The notes beneath the pieces were generated by a model that did no database searches, was not told the DNA's origin, and saw only the letters and a list, made by a program, of their open reading frames with translations. A stretch of DNA of 32,000 nt from Haloquadratum walsbyi C23 (GTDB lineage Archaea > Halobacteriota > Halobacteria > Halobacteriales > Haloferacaceae): positions 570,001 to 602,000 of the forward strand of contig NC_017459.1 in NCBI RefSeq assembly GCF_000237865.1. Direction: 5' to 3'. This document shows positions 8,144 to 16,640 of this stretch, piece after piece (positions within the stretch are counted from its first letter, which is position 1; each line of letters opens with the position of its first letter). The translations under genes were made by a program, and so were the position numbers.

Positions 8144-10240
8144 TCATGATTCCTTTTTTTGCAGTTCTCCGTCAACTATCATACCGTCCTCATTATTTGT
8201 ATTGATGAGTGATTTTATTTCACTATCCGGAACTGGAGCTGAAAGGAATCGCTCTCTCAACCCATCAAGTGAAATTGTCTCACCCTTATCAAGATTGTAT
8301 GTGAGTACGTTTGTTAACTCCTGCCGCAGACGGTCACTATCGTACACGATAATCGTTCCATCGGTATTTTCGATTGCGGTGTGGTCAGCACGTTCAGCCC
8401 ATAACACGAGCAAGCATGGAACGTATGATTCATCAATTTGATATGACATTGTTGAACTCAGGTATGTTTTCTCATCAAACTGCGTCGAAAACCGTGATGC
8501 AAGATCATCAAGATACGCTGAGGCTTCCTCAATTATTCCATCACAGACCCGGTCTTGAAGTGTTATTGATGGTACTGATAGCGATATTTCAGTATCATCA
8601 CTCACAGAGATCTCCGTTTCAGCTGACCCGAAGTCATCAACAGCAGCTACTGCTGTAACTGTATATTCGCCGAATGGGACATCACTGAACGTTGCGGTCC
8701 CAACAAGTGGCGTCTCAACGGTCATTTCATCCGTATAGTCCGTACCGTCCAAAACGATTCGAATTTGACGATCAGAACCACCACGTTCGAACTGGACAGT
8801 CACTGTCACGGTGTATGTTTCAGTTCCCCCAACTCGTCTGAGACTTGGAACATCCATGTTGAGTGTCACATGATCGGGGTGTGACCGATAATACAGTCCT
8901 AAGAACTGAGTCTCATGATTTCGGACAGGAAGCTCCTCGCCGGTAATTTGCCCATCGCTCTGAAGCGCAGATTCAATCACCGGTTCAACTTGATTATATC
9001 CGCTGATGACAGCGACTTTTGGCTTGACCTTGTCAATTCCGTTCATCAGTGCATCAACTGCCGTAGCCCATCGCTGTTCAAACGTTTGAAGGGTATCACT
9101 ATCCTGCACTTTTCTGAGATAATCTGTCTCAACCGCTGCAGGTGGTGTATAATATCCATCTGGAATATCCGCATCAGCGAGCTCTGCATCCATTGAATTG
9201 AGCTCTGTGGTCAGCGCGTCAATGATCTCAGTGCACTCTGCTCGCGTTTTCTTTCGATGCATCGCAAGTGTTGAAAGATCGACAGCATCAGTAAGTTCGG
9301 CGACAGATCGCCTTCTCTGAGCGATGTCCGGTGCTGAGTCAGGAAGGTACTGCTCGATATTGTACTCATCAACTGTCTGTAGAAGCGACTGAAGTTGCTC
9401 TCGATTTGTCTTGAATGTGCTTTCACCCTTGGTTTTAATTGCATCGCGTGCACGGAGGAGTGCAGTCACTGCATCAATTATTTGATAACTGCTGGCTGCT
9501 TCCCGTGCCGTCTCAACCTCTGTTTCGATCGCTGTCGTCTCAATATCATCAGCACTCCGTGCAATGGATTGAATTGTCTCTGCGGCCGCATCAACCGTCT
9601 CTACTGCCTGCCCTCGAGCAGCCTCGAGTGACTCACCCGCAGCAGCAACTTCTGCACCTGCGGTTGTCGTTGTGACATCAATCGCACGTACAGCGTCTCC
9701 ACCATCCTCAATGAGTGCATCCAGTCGATCGAGCGACTCAGCGATCGTCTCAATGCGGTCTTCGACAGTCTCAGCGAACGCTGCTGGCAGTTCCTCCTCA
9801 ATATCATCGACCTGTCCTGATAATGAATTAATTGTTTCAAGATCTGAAACATTACCAACTGAAAACGCACCAGTTTCTGTGTCGACATCGATTCCTGCTG
9901 TTTGAAGATCACGCTGCAGTGAATCAATCCCAAGTCCAACTCCAGTATCAATGATAGCCGGATATGTTTGTTTCAATTGTTGGCGTGTCTGCCAGATATC
10001 ACTGAACGTCTCACCAACTTCTCGCGCACGTCGTCGAGTATACTGCGTTTGGTCCGTCCCGCTTGCGTCAACTCGTCGTTGAATCCAGACACCACCGCTG
10101 ATGAGTAACAACGGTACCATCCCAACTGCTGCATATACTGCCCACTGTGACCCAACAGCGACGAAAACACCTGCACTCACCGCTCCAGCAAACACAACGA
10201 GTCCAATAAGACCGGCGGCTGTCCGAGTTGATGATTTCAT
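8144..10240 (-). CDS. Membrane-anchored protein (about 698 aa) with two N-terminal TM helices, a long acidic Ala/Glu/Thr-rich helical (coiled-coil-like) region, a CarboxypepD_reg-like beta module and a C-terminal alpha/beta domain
   Basis: The ORF track gives 8144..10336, but its first 32 codons (MVCNFRSTRWWWRIDSCWDYYRCPQWNNRSNI) overlap the upstream gene and are Trp/Cys/Arg-rich. ATG 10240 (MKSSTRTAAGLIGLVVFAGAVSAGVFVAVGSQWAVYAAVGMVPLLLISGGVWIQRRVD) forms an ATGA overlap with the upstream stop. The helical region includes ETVDAAAETIQSIARSADDIETTAIETEVETAREAAS. The beta module reads TYTVTVTVQFERGG...TATFSDVPFGEYTVTAVAAVDDFG. Confidence 0.7.
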   Translation of the reverse strand: MKSSTRTAAGLIGLVVFAGAVSAGVFVAVGSQWAVYAAVGMVPLLLISGGVWIQRRVDASGTDQTQYTRRRAREVGETFSDIWQTRQQLKQTYPAIIDTGVGLGIDSLQRDLQTAGIDVDTETGAFSVGNVSDLETINSLSGQVDDIEEELPAAFAETVEDRIETIAESLDRLDALIEDGGDAVRAIDVTTTTAGAEVAAAGESLEAARGQAVETVDAAAETIQSIARSADDIETTAIETEVETAREAASSYQIIDAVTALLRARDAIKTKGESTFKTNREQLQSLLQTVDEYNIEQYLPDSAPDIAQRRRSVAELTDAVDLSTLAMHRKKTRAECTEIIDALTTELNSMDAELADADIPDGYYTPPAAVETDYLRKVQDSDTLQTFEQRWATAVDALMNGIDKVKPKVAVISGYNQVEPVIESALQSDGQITGEELPVRNHETQFLGLYYRSHPDHVTLNMDVPSLRRVGGTETYTVTVTVQFERGGSDRQIRIVLDGTDYTDEMTVETPLVGTATFSDVPFGEYTVTAVAAVDDFGSAETEISVSDDTEISLSVPSITLQDRVCDGIIEEASAYLDDLASRFSTQFDEKTYLSSTMSYQIDESYVPCLLVLWAERADHTAIENTDGTIIVYDSDRLRQELTNVLTYNLDKGETISLDGLRERFLSAPVPDSEIKSLINTNNEDGMIVDGELQKKES

Positions 10241-11358
10241 AATATTGCTCCTATTGTTCCACTGAGGACAGCGATAATAATCCCAGCAAGAATCAATGCG
10301 CCACCACCACCGAGTTGAGCGGAAATTGCAGACCACTCCAGTTGCCGACCAAAGTCGGCGAAATCCCTAGTTTTCCGTCCAAGTATGTGTGTCCGATAAC
10401 CAGCAATAACAGCTCCAAGTGCAATTCCTGGGACCGCACCAATCGCGAGATTACTTAACACGCTAATTCGCGCACGCTGCTCAACGGCTGCAAGTTTCGT
10501 TGCATACTGACTCATGGTTGCATTTACCGCCTGCGATTGGTTCTGTTGTTCTGCTGTAATTTCCTCAAATGCATTTAGATGAGGTTCTGAGCCGTCGCGC
10601 GCACGATTGAACAACTGCCTACGGAGTTCTGCTGCATCCGCGCGGGCAGCCGTTCGTGACGCGTTCAGTGTGTTGAGTGTCCGGTTGGCTTCCTGAAGTT
10701 TGCTTACAGTCATATCGACACGTTGTTCATTGGCTGTGAGTTCCTCAGTAGTCGTATTAAGTGAATTAAGTGATTCTGTTATTGATTCCGTGGCATTACG
10801 GTAATCCTGCTCATTGCCTCGGTATGCAGTAGCATTCGAAAATACAAGTGGCTCCTGTGCTAAATCTGATTTGACAGTCCCCTCACGCTGTGTCTGTATT
10901 CGTACTGTATTATCAACAGATGCGCTCAGGGTGGTGTCATCGAGCGTCACGACTGTACTATCGAAGCCGACCGTCGCTCGATATGTTCGCCCATTGGCAC
11001 TCGGTGAAATATCAACCAGATTTTCCGTATCAATATCCCATACTGTTGTCTCTCCTGGCTGAGGTCGCTCCGCACCGTTTGCTGTGCAGTACCCGATGTA
11101 TAATTCAGTTCCTGGATACACTGGTGTGTTAGCATCATATTGCTGATTATTTAGGAAGACAACAACTGTATCAGTCTCTCCCTGACACGCGCTCTCGACG
11201 GTCTCCTCAGCGGGTTGAACAGCAGCAACTCCGCCGGTTGCTACCGTGAGTGTCACACCAACATTAACAATTAATATAATGACAACGACTCCATATCGTA
11301 TCCACTGTCGGCATTGCATCGGCAATTCATGTTCTTGTGGACGGTTTGTATTCGTCAT
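10237..11358 (-). CDS. Membrane protein (373 aa) with N-terminal signal-anchor, extracytoplasmic beta-rich plus coiled-coil domain, and two C-terminal TM helices
   Basis: ATG 11358 overlaps the upstream stop (ATGA). N-terminal TM is VVVIILIVNVGVTLTVATGGVAAV. The beta-rich part includes TVVVFLNNQQYDANTPVYPGTELYIGYCTANG. The helical part includes LNSLNTTTEELTANEQRVDMTVSKLQEANRTLNTLNASRTAARADAAELRRQL. C-terminal TMs are LAIGAVPGIALGAVIAGY and GGGGALILAGIIIAVLSGTIGAIL. Confidence 0.7.
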   Translation of the reverse strand: MTNTNRPQEHELPMQCRQWIRYGVVVIILIVNVGVTLTVATGGVAAVQPAEETVESACQGETDTVVVFLNNQQYDANTPVYPGTELYIGYCTANGAERPQPGETTVWDIDTENLVDISPSANGRTYRATVGFDSTVVTLDDTTLSASVDNTVRIQTQREGTVKSDLAQEPLVFSNATAYRGNEQDYRNATESITESLNSLNTTTEELTANEQRVDMTVSKLQEANRTLNTLNASRTAARADAAELRRQLFNRARDGSEPHLNAFEEITAEQQNQSQAVNATMSQYATKLAAVEQRARISVLSNLAIGAVPGIALGAVIAGYRTHILGRKTRDFADFGRQLEWSAISAQLGGGGALILAGIIIAVLSGTIGAIL

Positions 11359-11627
11359 AGCTGATTATCCCAGTACAGAAACACACCAATACTCCCAAGA
11401 ATGCTCCCGATGCCTGCTCCGAGGAGTACACCAGCCCCAATATGTTGTATTGTTTGTTGGCTTGTCTTCACCGCTGCAAGCACTGATTCTGTCTGCATTT
11501 GCATGGTTGATGCGCTCGGTGGTGCTGCACCAGCAACAGGATCTGGTGTGAGAGCAATTATTACGCCTACACAAACAAATATACCAACAGTGACGACCAT
11601 CCCAATGGTAATCGGTTCACGTCTCAT
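11355..11627 (-). CDS. Small two-TM membrane protein (90 aa)
   Basis: Its ATG shares one nucleotide with the stop of the upstream tubulin-like gene (TGATG), and its own stop overlaps the next start (ATGA). Hydrophobic helices are ITIGMVVTVGIFVCVGVIIAL and GAGVLLGAGIGSILGSIGVFLYW. Coding status rests on the coupling and the TM pattern only. Confidence 0.55.
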   Translation of the reverse strand: MRREPITIGMVVTVGIFVCVGVIIALTPDPVAGAAPPSASTMQMQTESVLAAVKTSQQTIQHIGAGVLLGAGIGSILGSIGVFLYWDNQL

Positions 11628-12916
11628 CAGGCAATCACCGCGTCTGATTCCGTTTCATATTCTTCTGCAAGCGTCTCTAATTCAGTAAGTCGCTCAAGAT
11701 CCTCTCGTCGATATGTAAATAAAGTTGTGAATGAAACCAAACTTCGATTTGTCAATGTTGCACCAAGATTCACCTCATCACATCGGGCATGGAGAAATGA
11801 CCGCAACGTCGATGTCTGAATTTGGTAGTCTGTATCAGCAATATACGTCGAAGGTGCACGCAACAGTCCAATTGCCTTTCGTGCCTCCCGTGTATCGACG
11901 TCTGCAACAGTTTGTTTTAGTTCAGCGACTTGTGAGAGTGCTGTTGCATCAATCTCATTTTGTCCAATAAACGGCAATAGATATCCAGCGAGTGATTTCG
12001 TCATCTCCACCGACCGACCCATCGACGCGTATCCGGTTTCGGTATCCTCCCCCAGACCGAATGAAAGGCTCGTTACGATATCTTGAATATCAATAATTGG
12101 TGGATCAACATCATATTCGCTCCGATCAATCCGCTCAAGAACAGTCCCTGAAATGAGACTCACAATTGCAGAGGCGACGTATTCGTTTAGATCCGTGAAC
12201 TGTCCCTCTGCGGCTTCATGATATGAAAGCCGTTCATTATCAATGAGGATGATGCCATCTGCAACCTGCTCAATCTGATTGAGTCCATAGCGAGCATTCC
12301 AGGCTTGTCGACTCGGTGAAGCGCCCTCATCAGATTCATTATTGACCGTCCCAACCGGACCCTGAGTATTTGGAAGCACACAGACCGCGATTGTTTTGCA
12401 TGTTCCGCCGGTGTACTCATCAATCGCATCGATAATATGTGCAGTGATTCCACACCCTGTTCCGCCACCAAGTCCACAGAACACAAACGCAAACGGTACG
12501 TTCGTTTCCTCAGTTTCGACCACTGGGTCTGTCGCTGTTGTTCCGGTATCATCCTCTGAGCTATCACCAGTATTCACCGTCTCTTCTTCGAATTTAATCT
12601 GCTCTGTCAATTCATCATACAATGTATTATCAAGCGCTGCCCGGTTATTCGTGATTACCTCATCAGCTCGAACCGGATTGCGCCCGAATCCACCTGTCAC
12701 CTGCTCTTCGAATCCATCTGTCGTTCCCGGGACCAGTCCTGCACCTTCAGCAATTCCGTACCAACTATTTCGATCGATATTTGTGAGCTTCCGCAGGTCT
12801 CTGACTGTCGAATTGAAAACAAGATGTGTCGCAATCTCATCCATATTATTATGAGCGAATATCTCGTCCACAATAGAACTGCCAGCCTGTCCTGCACCCA
12901 CAAAAAGGTATGGCAT
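11627..12916 (-). CDS. Tubulin/FtsZ-superfamily GTPase, CetZ/tubulin-like divergent paralog (429 aa)
   Basis: T1 is MPYLFVGAGQAGSSIVDEIF (compare the tubulin/CetZ GQAG pattern). T3 is TGGFGRNPVRADEV. T4 is the tubulin signature FCGLGGGTGCGITAHII. T6 is IILIDNERL (compare tubulin DNEAL). A T7-like IIDIQD is present. An acidic Thr-rich insertion (EEETVNTGDSSEDDTGTTATDPVVETEETN) precedes T4. The C-terminal tail is acidic (LAEEYETESDAVIA). Confidence 0.9.
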   Translation of the reverse strand: MPYLFVGAGQAGSSIVDEIFAHNNMDEIATHLVFNSTVRDLRKLTNIDRNSWYGIAEGAGLVPGTTDGFEEQVTGGFGRNPVRADEVITNNRAALDNTLYDELTEQIKFEEETVNTGDSSEDDTGTTATDPVVETEETNVPFAFVFCGLGGGTGCGITAHIIDAIDEYTGGTCKTIAVCVLPNTQGPVGTVNNESDEGASPSRQAWNARYGLNQIEQVADGIILIDNERLSYHEAAEGQFTDLNEYVASAIVSLISGTVLERIDRSEYDVDPPIIDIQDIVTSLSFGLGEDTETGYASMGRSVEMTKSLAGYLLPFIGQNEIDATALSQVAELKQTVADVDTREARKAIGLLRAPSTYIADTDYQIQTSTLRSFLHARCDEVNLGATLTNRSLVSFTTLFTYRREDLERLTELETLAEEYETESDAVIA

Positions 12917-12942
12917 TATTGTATCTATGTTTAATCCACTCT

Positions 12943-12948
12943 GATAAA
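12943..12948 (-). promoter_or_regulatory. Candidate TATA box (TTTATC on - strand) for the 11627-12916 tubulin-like gene
   Basis: It lies 27-32 nt upstream of ATG 12916, inside the 108-bp gap after the preceding gene. The position fits a leaderless haloarchaeal transcript. Based on sequence and position only. Confidence 0.25.
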
Positions 12949-13024
12949 CATGTCTGCTCGCTCAGGATTATATCTGTTATGCGAGTACGTAACCAACTCT
13001 ACTGCGTTATGATGATCATCACGG

Positions 13025-14740
13025 TCACCCGCGTAACTGCTCGAGTAGCACACTGTATGCTTGACGCTCATATAGCTCCATCACCCAATCAAGTGTCTCA
13101 TCAGCGGCCTGTAAATACCCAATTGCTCGGTCGGTATTCCCTGCTGCTCGTGCATCATCAGCTGCTTCCTGCAGTGAGCTCACGAGTTCAAGAAAGTGAA
13201 TTGGGATGCTATGATCGTGTGTTGGATACTCAGAAGGATACTCTGTACGAAGGGTTGATCGCCGTGATTCAATCTCTTCAGCGAGTGTCTGAACGCTAAG
13301 CCCACTGGATTCTCCGGTCGGCGACTGTAGTTCTGGGCATAATGTTCGATCATAAAATCGTAATTCCTGTCGCGCTGCATATACACTTACACGATCTGCG
13401 GGTCCTGCTTGTGAGACAGTTGATTCAAGCTCAGCAGCGCGATCAGCCAATATTTTCCCAATTGCTGCATCGGTTTTTTGAAACTCAGTCACGAGTGACC
13501 CCGCTAACTCAGCGACAGAATCAGTCTCAACCCCCTCGAGCCGGTCTGCGGTAACAGCGGCTTCATCAATTACTGTCACAGCCGATTGCAGCGTCTCAGC
13601 GTACCTCGAAGCAGCAACATCATCTGCTCGGATCACATCAATCAAACTCTGACTTCGACTACTTTGTGGAGAAATTGCTGCCCGCTCAATGACAGTATTG
13701 ATGTCAGTCAGTGCCGTGGTAAAGGCGACTTCCTCATTCGTTAGCGCCGTGGTGATTTCGTCGAGCGCTAAATCGGGATTGGTGTTTGGATCAGCACTAA
13801 CTGACTCACCAGCCTGCTCACGAACAGCGTTGCATATTTTCTCAATGCTCGTAACCATTGACGCCTGTGTACTATGACACTCATCTCTGTCAGTAACGAC
13901 ATCTGCAAGTCGTTCGCCAATAATTGTGATTGCTGACCCAGCGTCTCCATCGATTTTGACCCCCTTTTGTTGCAGTGTTTGTGCTAATTGCTCTGGTTCA
14001 ACATGCGGTCGTACTGTTGACAGTGCTTGGTGTGTCTCAGCATCGCGCTCAATTCGTTCAACTGCTGTGGTAAGTGTATCGGTTAGTCGTCGTTCAGCAG
14101 TGTTATTTGTCGCTTCAAGATACCGAAGAAGTCGGTTCGCAGTGTCTGTCTGTGGGTCTGTCCGTGCTGACGCTGTTTCAGCTGCATTAGCTAATAACGC
14201 CGAGACTGTCTTGTTAGTTGTTTCTGTTCCTTCAGTCATCTTTGTGTGAGTATTTTCACCACTGGTAGTGTTCGTGTCACTCATCACAACACTCACATCA
14301 TCATGGCTTCCTGTCGTCTCCTGCCCTCCAGGCGACGCGTCGGAACCTGATGCAGTTGGTGGGATCAGCTTATTTTGATCTGCAGCGCGGAGGATTGCAG
14401 TCGCCTGCGTTGATGGATTTGCATTTTGATCAACGATTTCTCGTTCGATCAACCTGGCTTCAGCGACAATCTTATTGATAGCGTCGATGAAGACGGCAGG
14501 ATCGTGATTTATCTTACCTATTGATTCTGTTGCTTCTGTTGGTTCTATTGTTTCTGACCCTGAGTCACCTTGCGTGCGAATCCCGATAATAAATCCTATG
14601 ACTCCACCAAGAAATAAAGAAATCACCGCCGACCCAGCAAATAATGCTATATTCTCGACACCGAAATCATTGAGTATGTTGATAACGACTACCACACCCT
14701 TACCGGAAGCCACTCCTGCATCAACGAGTATATTCATCAT
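13025..14740 (-). CDS. Membrane-anchored long acidic helical protein (about 571 aa), function unknown
   Basis: The ORF track gives 13025..14860, but its first 40 codons (MRESLLSKAKIKKHRSYGKHGKQSSHCLIVLVEKIWGDWT) overlap the upstream gene by 113 nt and are very basic. ATGATG at 14740 lies 7 nt after the upstream stop, with GGGGTGA just upstream. TM is IALFAGSAVISLFLGGVIGFIIGI. The rest is Ala/Thr/Glu/Asp-rich and helical-looking (TVSALLANAAETASARTDPQTDTANRLLRYLEATNNTAERRLTDTLTTAVERIERDAE). Confidence 0.7.
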   Translation of the reverse strand: MMNILVDAGVASGKGVVVVINILNDFGVENIALFAGSAVISLFLGGVIGFIIGIRTQGDSGSETIEPTEATESIGKINHDPAVFIDAINKIVAEARLIEREIVDQNANPSTQATAILRAADQNKLIPPTASGSDASPGGQETTGSHDDVSVVMSDTNTTSGENTHTKMTEGTETTNKTVSALLANAAETASARTDPQTDTANRLLRYLEATNNTAERRLTDTLTTAVERIERDAETHQALSTVRPHVEPEQLAQTLQQKGVKIDGDAGSAITIIGERLADVVTDRDECHSTQASMVTSIEKICNAVREQAGESVSADPNTNPDLALDEITTALTNEEVAFTTALTDINTVIERAAISPQSSRSQSLIDVIRADDVAASRYAETLQSAVTVIDEAAVTADRLEGVETDSVAELAGSLVTEFQKTDAAIGKILADRAAELESTVSQAGPADRVSVYAARQELRFYDRTLCPELQSPTGESSGLSVQTLAEEIESRRSTLRTEYPSEYPTHDHSIPIHFLELVSSLQEAADDARAAGNTDRAIGYLQAADETLDWVMELYERQAYSVLLEQLRG

Positions 14741-14747
14741 TGTCCAA

Positions 14748-16634
14748 TCACCCCATATTTTCTCGACCAAGACAATCAAACAGTGGCTCGATTGTTTCCC
14801 ATGCTTCCCGTAGCTCCTGTGCTTCTTTATTTTCGCTTTGCTCAACAAGCTCTCGCGCATGTTTATACATTCGCTCTAGCGTCGGGAGGTTTGGATTCCA
14901 TATGAGCCCCCACAAATAGACATTGTCTACGTGTGGCACAACGAGCTGATTAACATAGATATCAACCGAACTAGGTCCATCATATTGCTCGCGTGCGAGA
15001 AAGTCTTGACCGCTTAGGATTGATGTCAATTCACCATCTTGCAGTAGTGGCTCAAGTTCCTCCATCTTCTCTGCTGGACCATACGCCATGAACGTGCCAC
15101 CCCATGCACTCTTTGGATCAAAATCAACGAGTTGCCCTTGCAGAAGCGTCGATCGTGCAAGTGTATCTAATCGCGCTCTATCGAATCGACTGGCACTTGT
15201 CGTTCCAATCACTGGCGCCATTACCACAGCGGGAGTGTATGCTCGCTCACTAGCGACGCTATATTTTCGTTGGACTGGGCGAAAACTGTCTGGAACATCA
15301 AACACCTCACCACTAATTCGTTCAGTCCCCGTAGTATCTGCTGACTGTGGTGTTGACGACATCGTAAACGCCTCAAGGAACGTCACCAATAGGCGATTTA
15401 CATCAGTGTACATTGGTGGATTATAATGCTCAAGTGCCGCCTGATCAATATCGACAGCAAAATCGGTTCGCTGTGCATCAAGTTTGCTATTATCGAATGG
15501 GATGATACCATCAACGTGTTTTGAGAGATATGCCATTCCAACTACCCCACGAACCATCTCTGATGCGCCAAATTCAGTCTCCGACGGAAGGACCACAGAA
15601 CTCAAAATTGGCTTCGAAAGTGTCGTTGCGTCTGCAACACCTGTTCCCTCACTCACGAGATTTCGAATATTCTTCGCTAAAACTGGAGTAGATCCACATC
15701 CAGTGCCCTTTGTAACGCTGTGGATCAACATCACAGCCTGTGATGCCTCTAAATCACGCTGGTCAACATCAAGCCGGTCCTTGATTGCATTTTTTTCATC
15801 CTCAAAATCTTTCTGCATGAGTGTTCGACCAACCTTCCAATTACGCCCTGCACCGCTGTAATTATGATGTCGGTAGCCAATCATCCCATTTGTAATGAGT
15901 TTTTCTCTTGAAAACGCTCGATCCTGCTGTGCATAAAATGTATTTCCTAACTCCGCAATATTGGTATTCAATCCTGCATAGTCTGCTAGCCCACCATCCC
16001 ATACTTGTGCAAGCGGACTATTTTGCTCACGCAGCGTCTCTCGACGGAGTAAAATAGCGTCAAGAATATGATTACCAGCCCCACCGACACCAATCATCTG
16101 CCATTTATTCCCTGTTGCGCCAACCAGCGGCGTTGACCCAGGGACACTCACACTGTTGTCGACACCCTCGTCACTGATTGCATTCACACTCTCACTCTCC
16201 AAGCGATTTTGTCCGGCGTCATCACGTATCTCGATAGTGTCGGTCGAATTCGACCCGTTCCCTCTATTTACACTTCGTGTCGACCCCGATGATCCTTGAT
16301 TAGTTGAATTCGATGTTGATTGTGTTAAATTATGTGCTCCTTCCGTATTTGAATTGGTATCACTACTTGCGCTGTCGTTATGATGTGATTCACTCTCATT
16401 TTGACTTCCAGTGCCTGACGTCGTAATATGTAGTGATGAGTCCTCATCATCGCTATCCGAGCTATCATCGCGATACTGCGGTCGCAACTCGCCATTGCTA
16501 TCAAAGATTGTATTATATCGGTCTGCGTATACCTCTTGAACGGATGCTGGTGTTCCTGCATGGTCAGCAGCGATGTGTTCTTCAATACTTTGCTCATCAA
16601 TTTCGCGCAGGCAGATTTTGCAATTGTCTGTCAT
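14748..16634 (-). CDS. Tubulin/FtsZ-superfamily GTPase paralog fused to an N-terminal C2H2-like zinc knuckle and a low-complexity linker of about 150 aa (628 aa)
   Basis: The N-terminus is MTDNCKICLREIDEQSIEEHIAADH (CxxC...HxxxxH). A S/D/N/T-rich linker follows (DDSSDSDDEDSS...NSTNQGSSGSTRSVNRGNGSNST). Tubulin-like loops are then visible. T1 is WQMIGVGGAGNHILDAI. T3 is YSGAGRNWKVG (compare tubulin GAGNNWAKG). T4 is degenerate, SVTKGTGCGSTPVLA. T6 is IIPFDNSKL. A T7-like VFDVPD is present. Confidence 0.85.
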   Translation of the reverse strand: MTDNCKICLREIDEQSIEEHIAADHAGTPASVQEVYADRYNTIFDSNGELRPQYRDDSSDSDDEDSSLHITTSGTGSQNESESHHNDSASSDTNSNTEGAHNLTQSTSNSTNQGSSGSTRSVNRGNGSNSTDTIEIRDDAGQNRLESESVNAISDEGVDNSVSVPGSTPLVGATGNKWQMIGVGGAGNHILDAILLRRETLREQNSPLAQVWDGGLADYAGLNTNIAELGNTFYAQQDRAFSREKLITNGMIGYRHHNYSGAGRNWKVGRTLMQKDFEDEKNAIKDRLDVDQRDLEASQAVMLIHSVTKGTGCGSTPVLAKNIRNLVSEGTGVADATTLSKPILSSVVLPSETEFGASEMVRGVVGMAYLSKHVDGIIPFDNSKLDAQRTDFAVDIDQAALEHYNPPMYTDVNRLLVTFLEAFTMSSTPQSADTTGTERISGEVFDVPDSFRPVQRKYSVASERAYTPAVVMAPVIGTTSASRFDRARLDTLARSTLLQGQLVDFDPKSAWGGTFMAYGPAEKMEELEPLLQDGELTSILSGQDFLAREQYDGPSSVDIYVNQLVVPHVDNVYLWGLIWNPNLPTLERMYKHARELVEQSENKEAQELREAWETIEPLFDCLGRENMG

Positions 16635-16640
16635 TGTCGG

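Noticed and set aside
13025-14860. Long ORF-track start codons for 13025..14860, 8144..10336, 2922..6341 and 22101..23039
   Set aside because: Each extension overlaps the preceding gene by 100-125 nt, or adds 64 residues in the SDR case. Each encodes basic, Cys/Trp-rich sequence unlike the acidic remainder. Internal ATGs sit 0-7 nt from the upstream stop with SD-like motifs, or restore the normal SDR N-terminus.
6217-16634. Calling the three GTPases canonical FtsZ1/FtsZ2 division proteins or specific CetZ subfamilies
   Set aside because: The loops are clearly tubulin/FtsZ-superfamily. The sequences do not match the highly conserved FtsZ core as I remember it, and they lack an obvious FtsZ-type C-terminal anchor peptide. 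The genomic context also lacks division genes. Subfamily assignment needs a phylogeny I cannot run.
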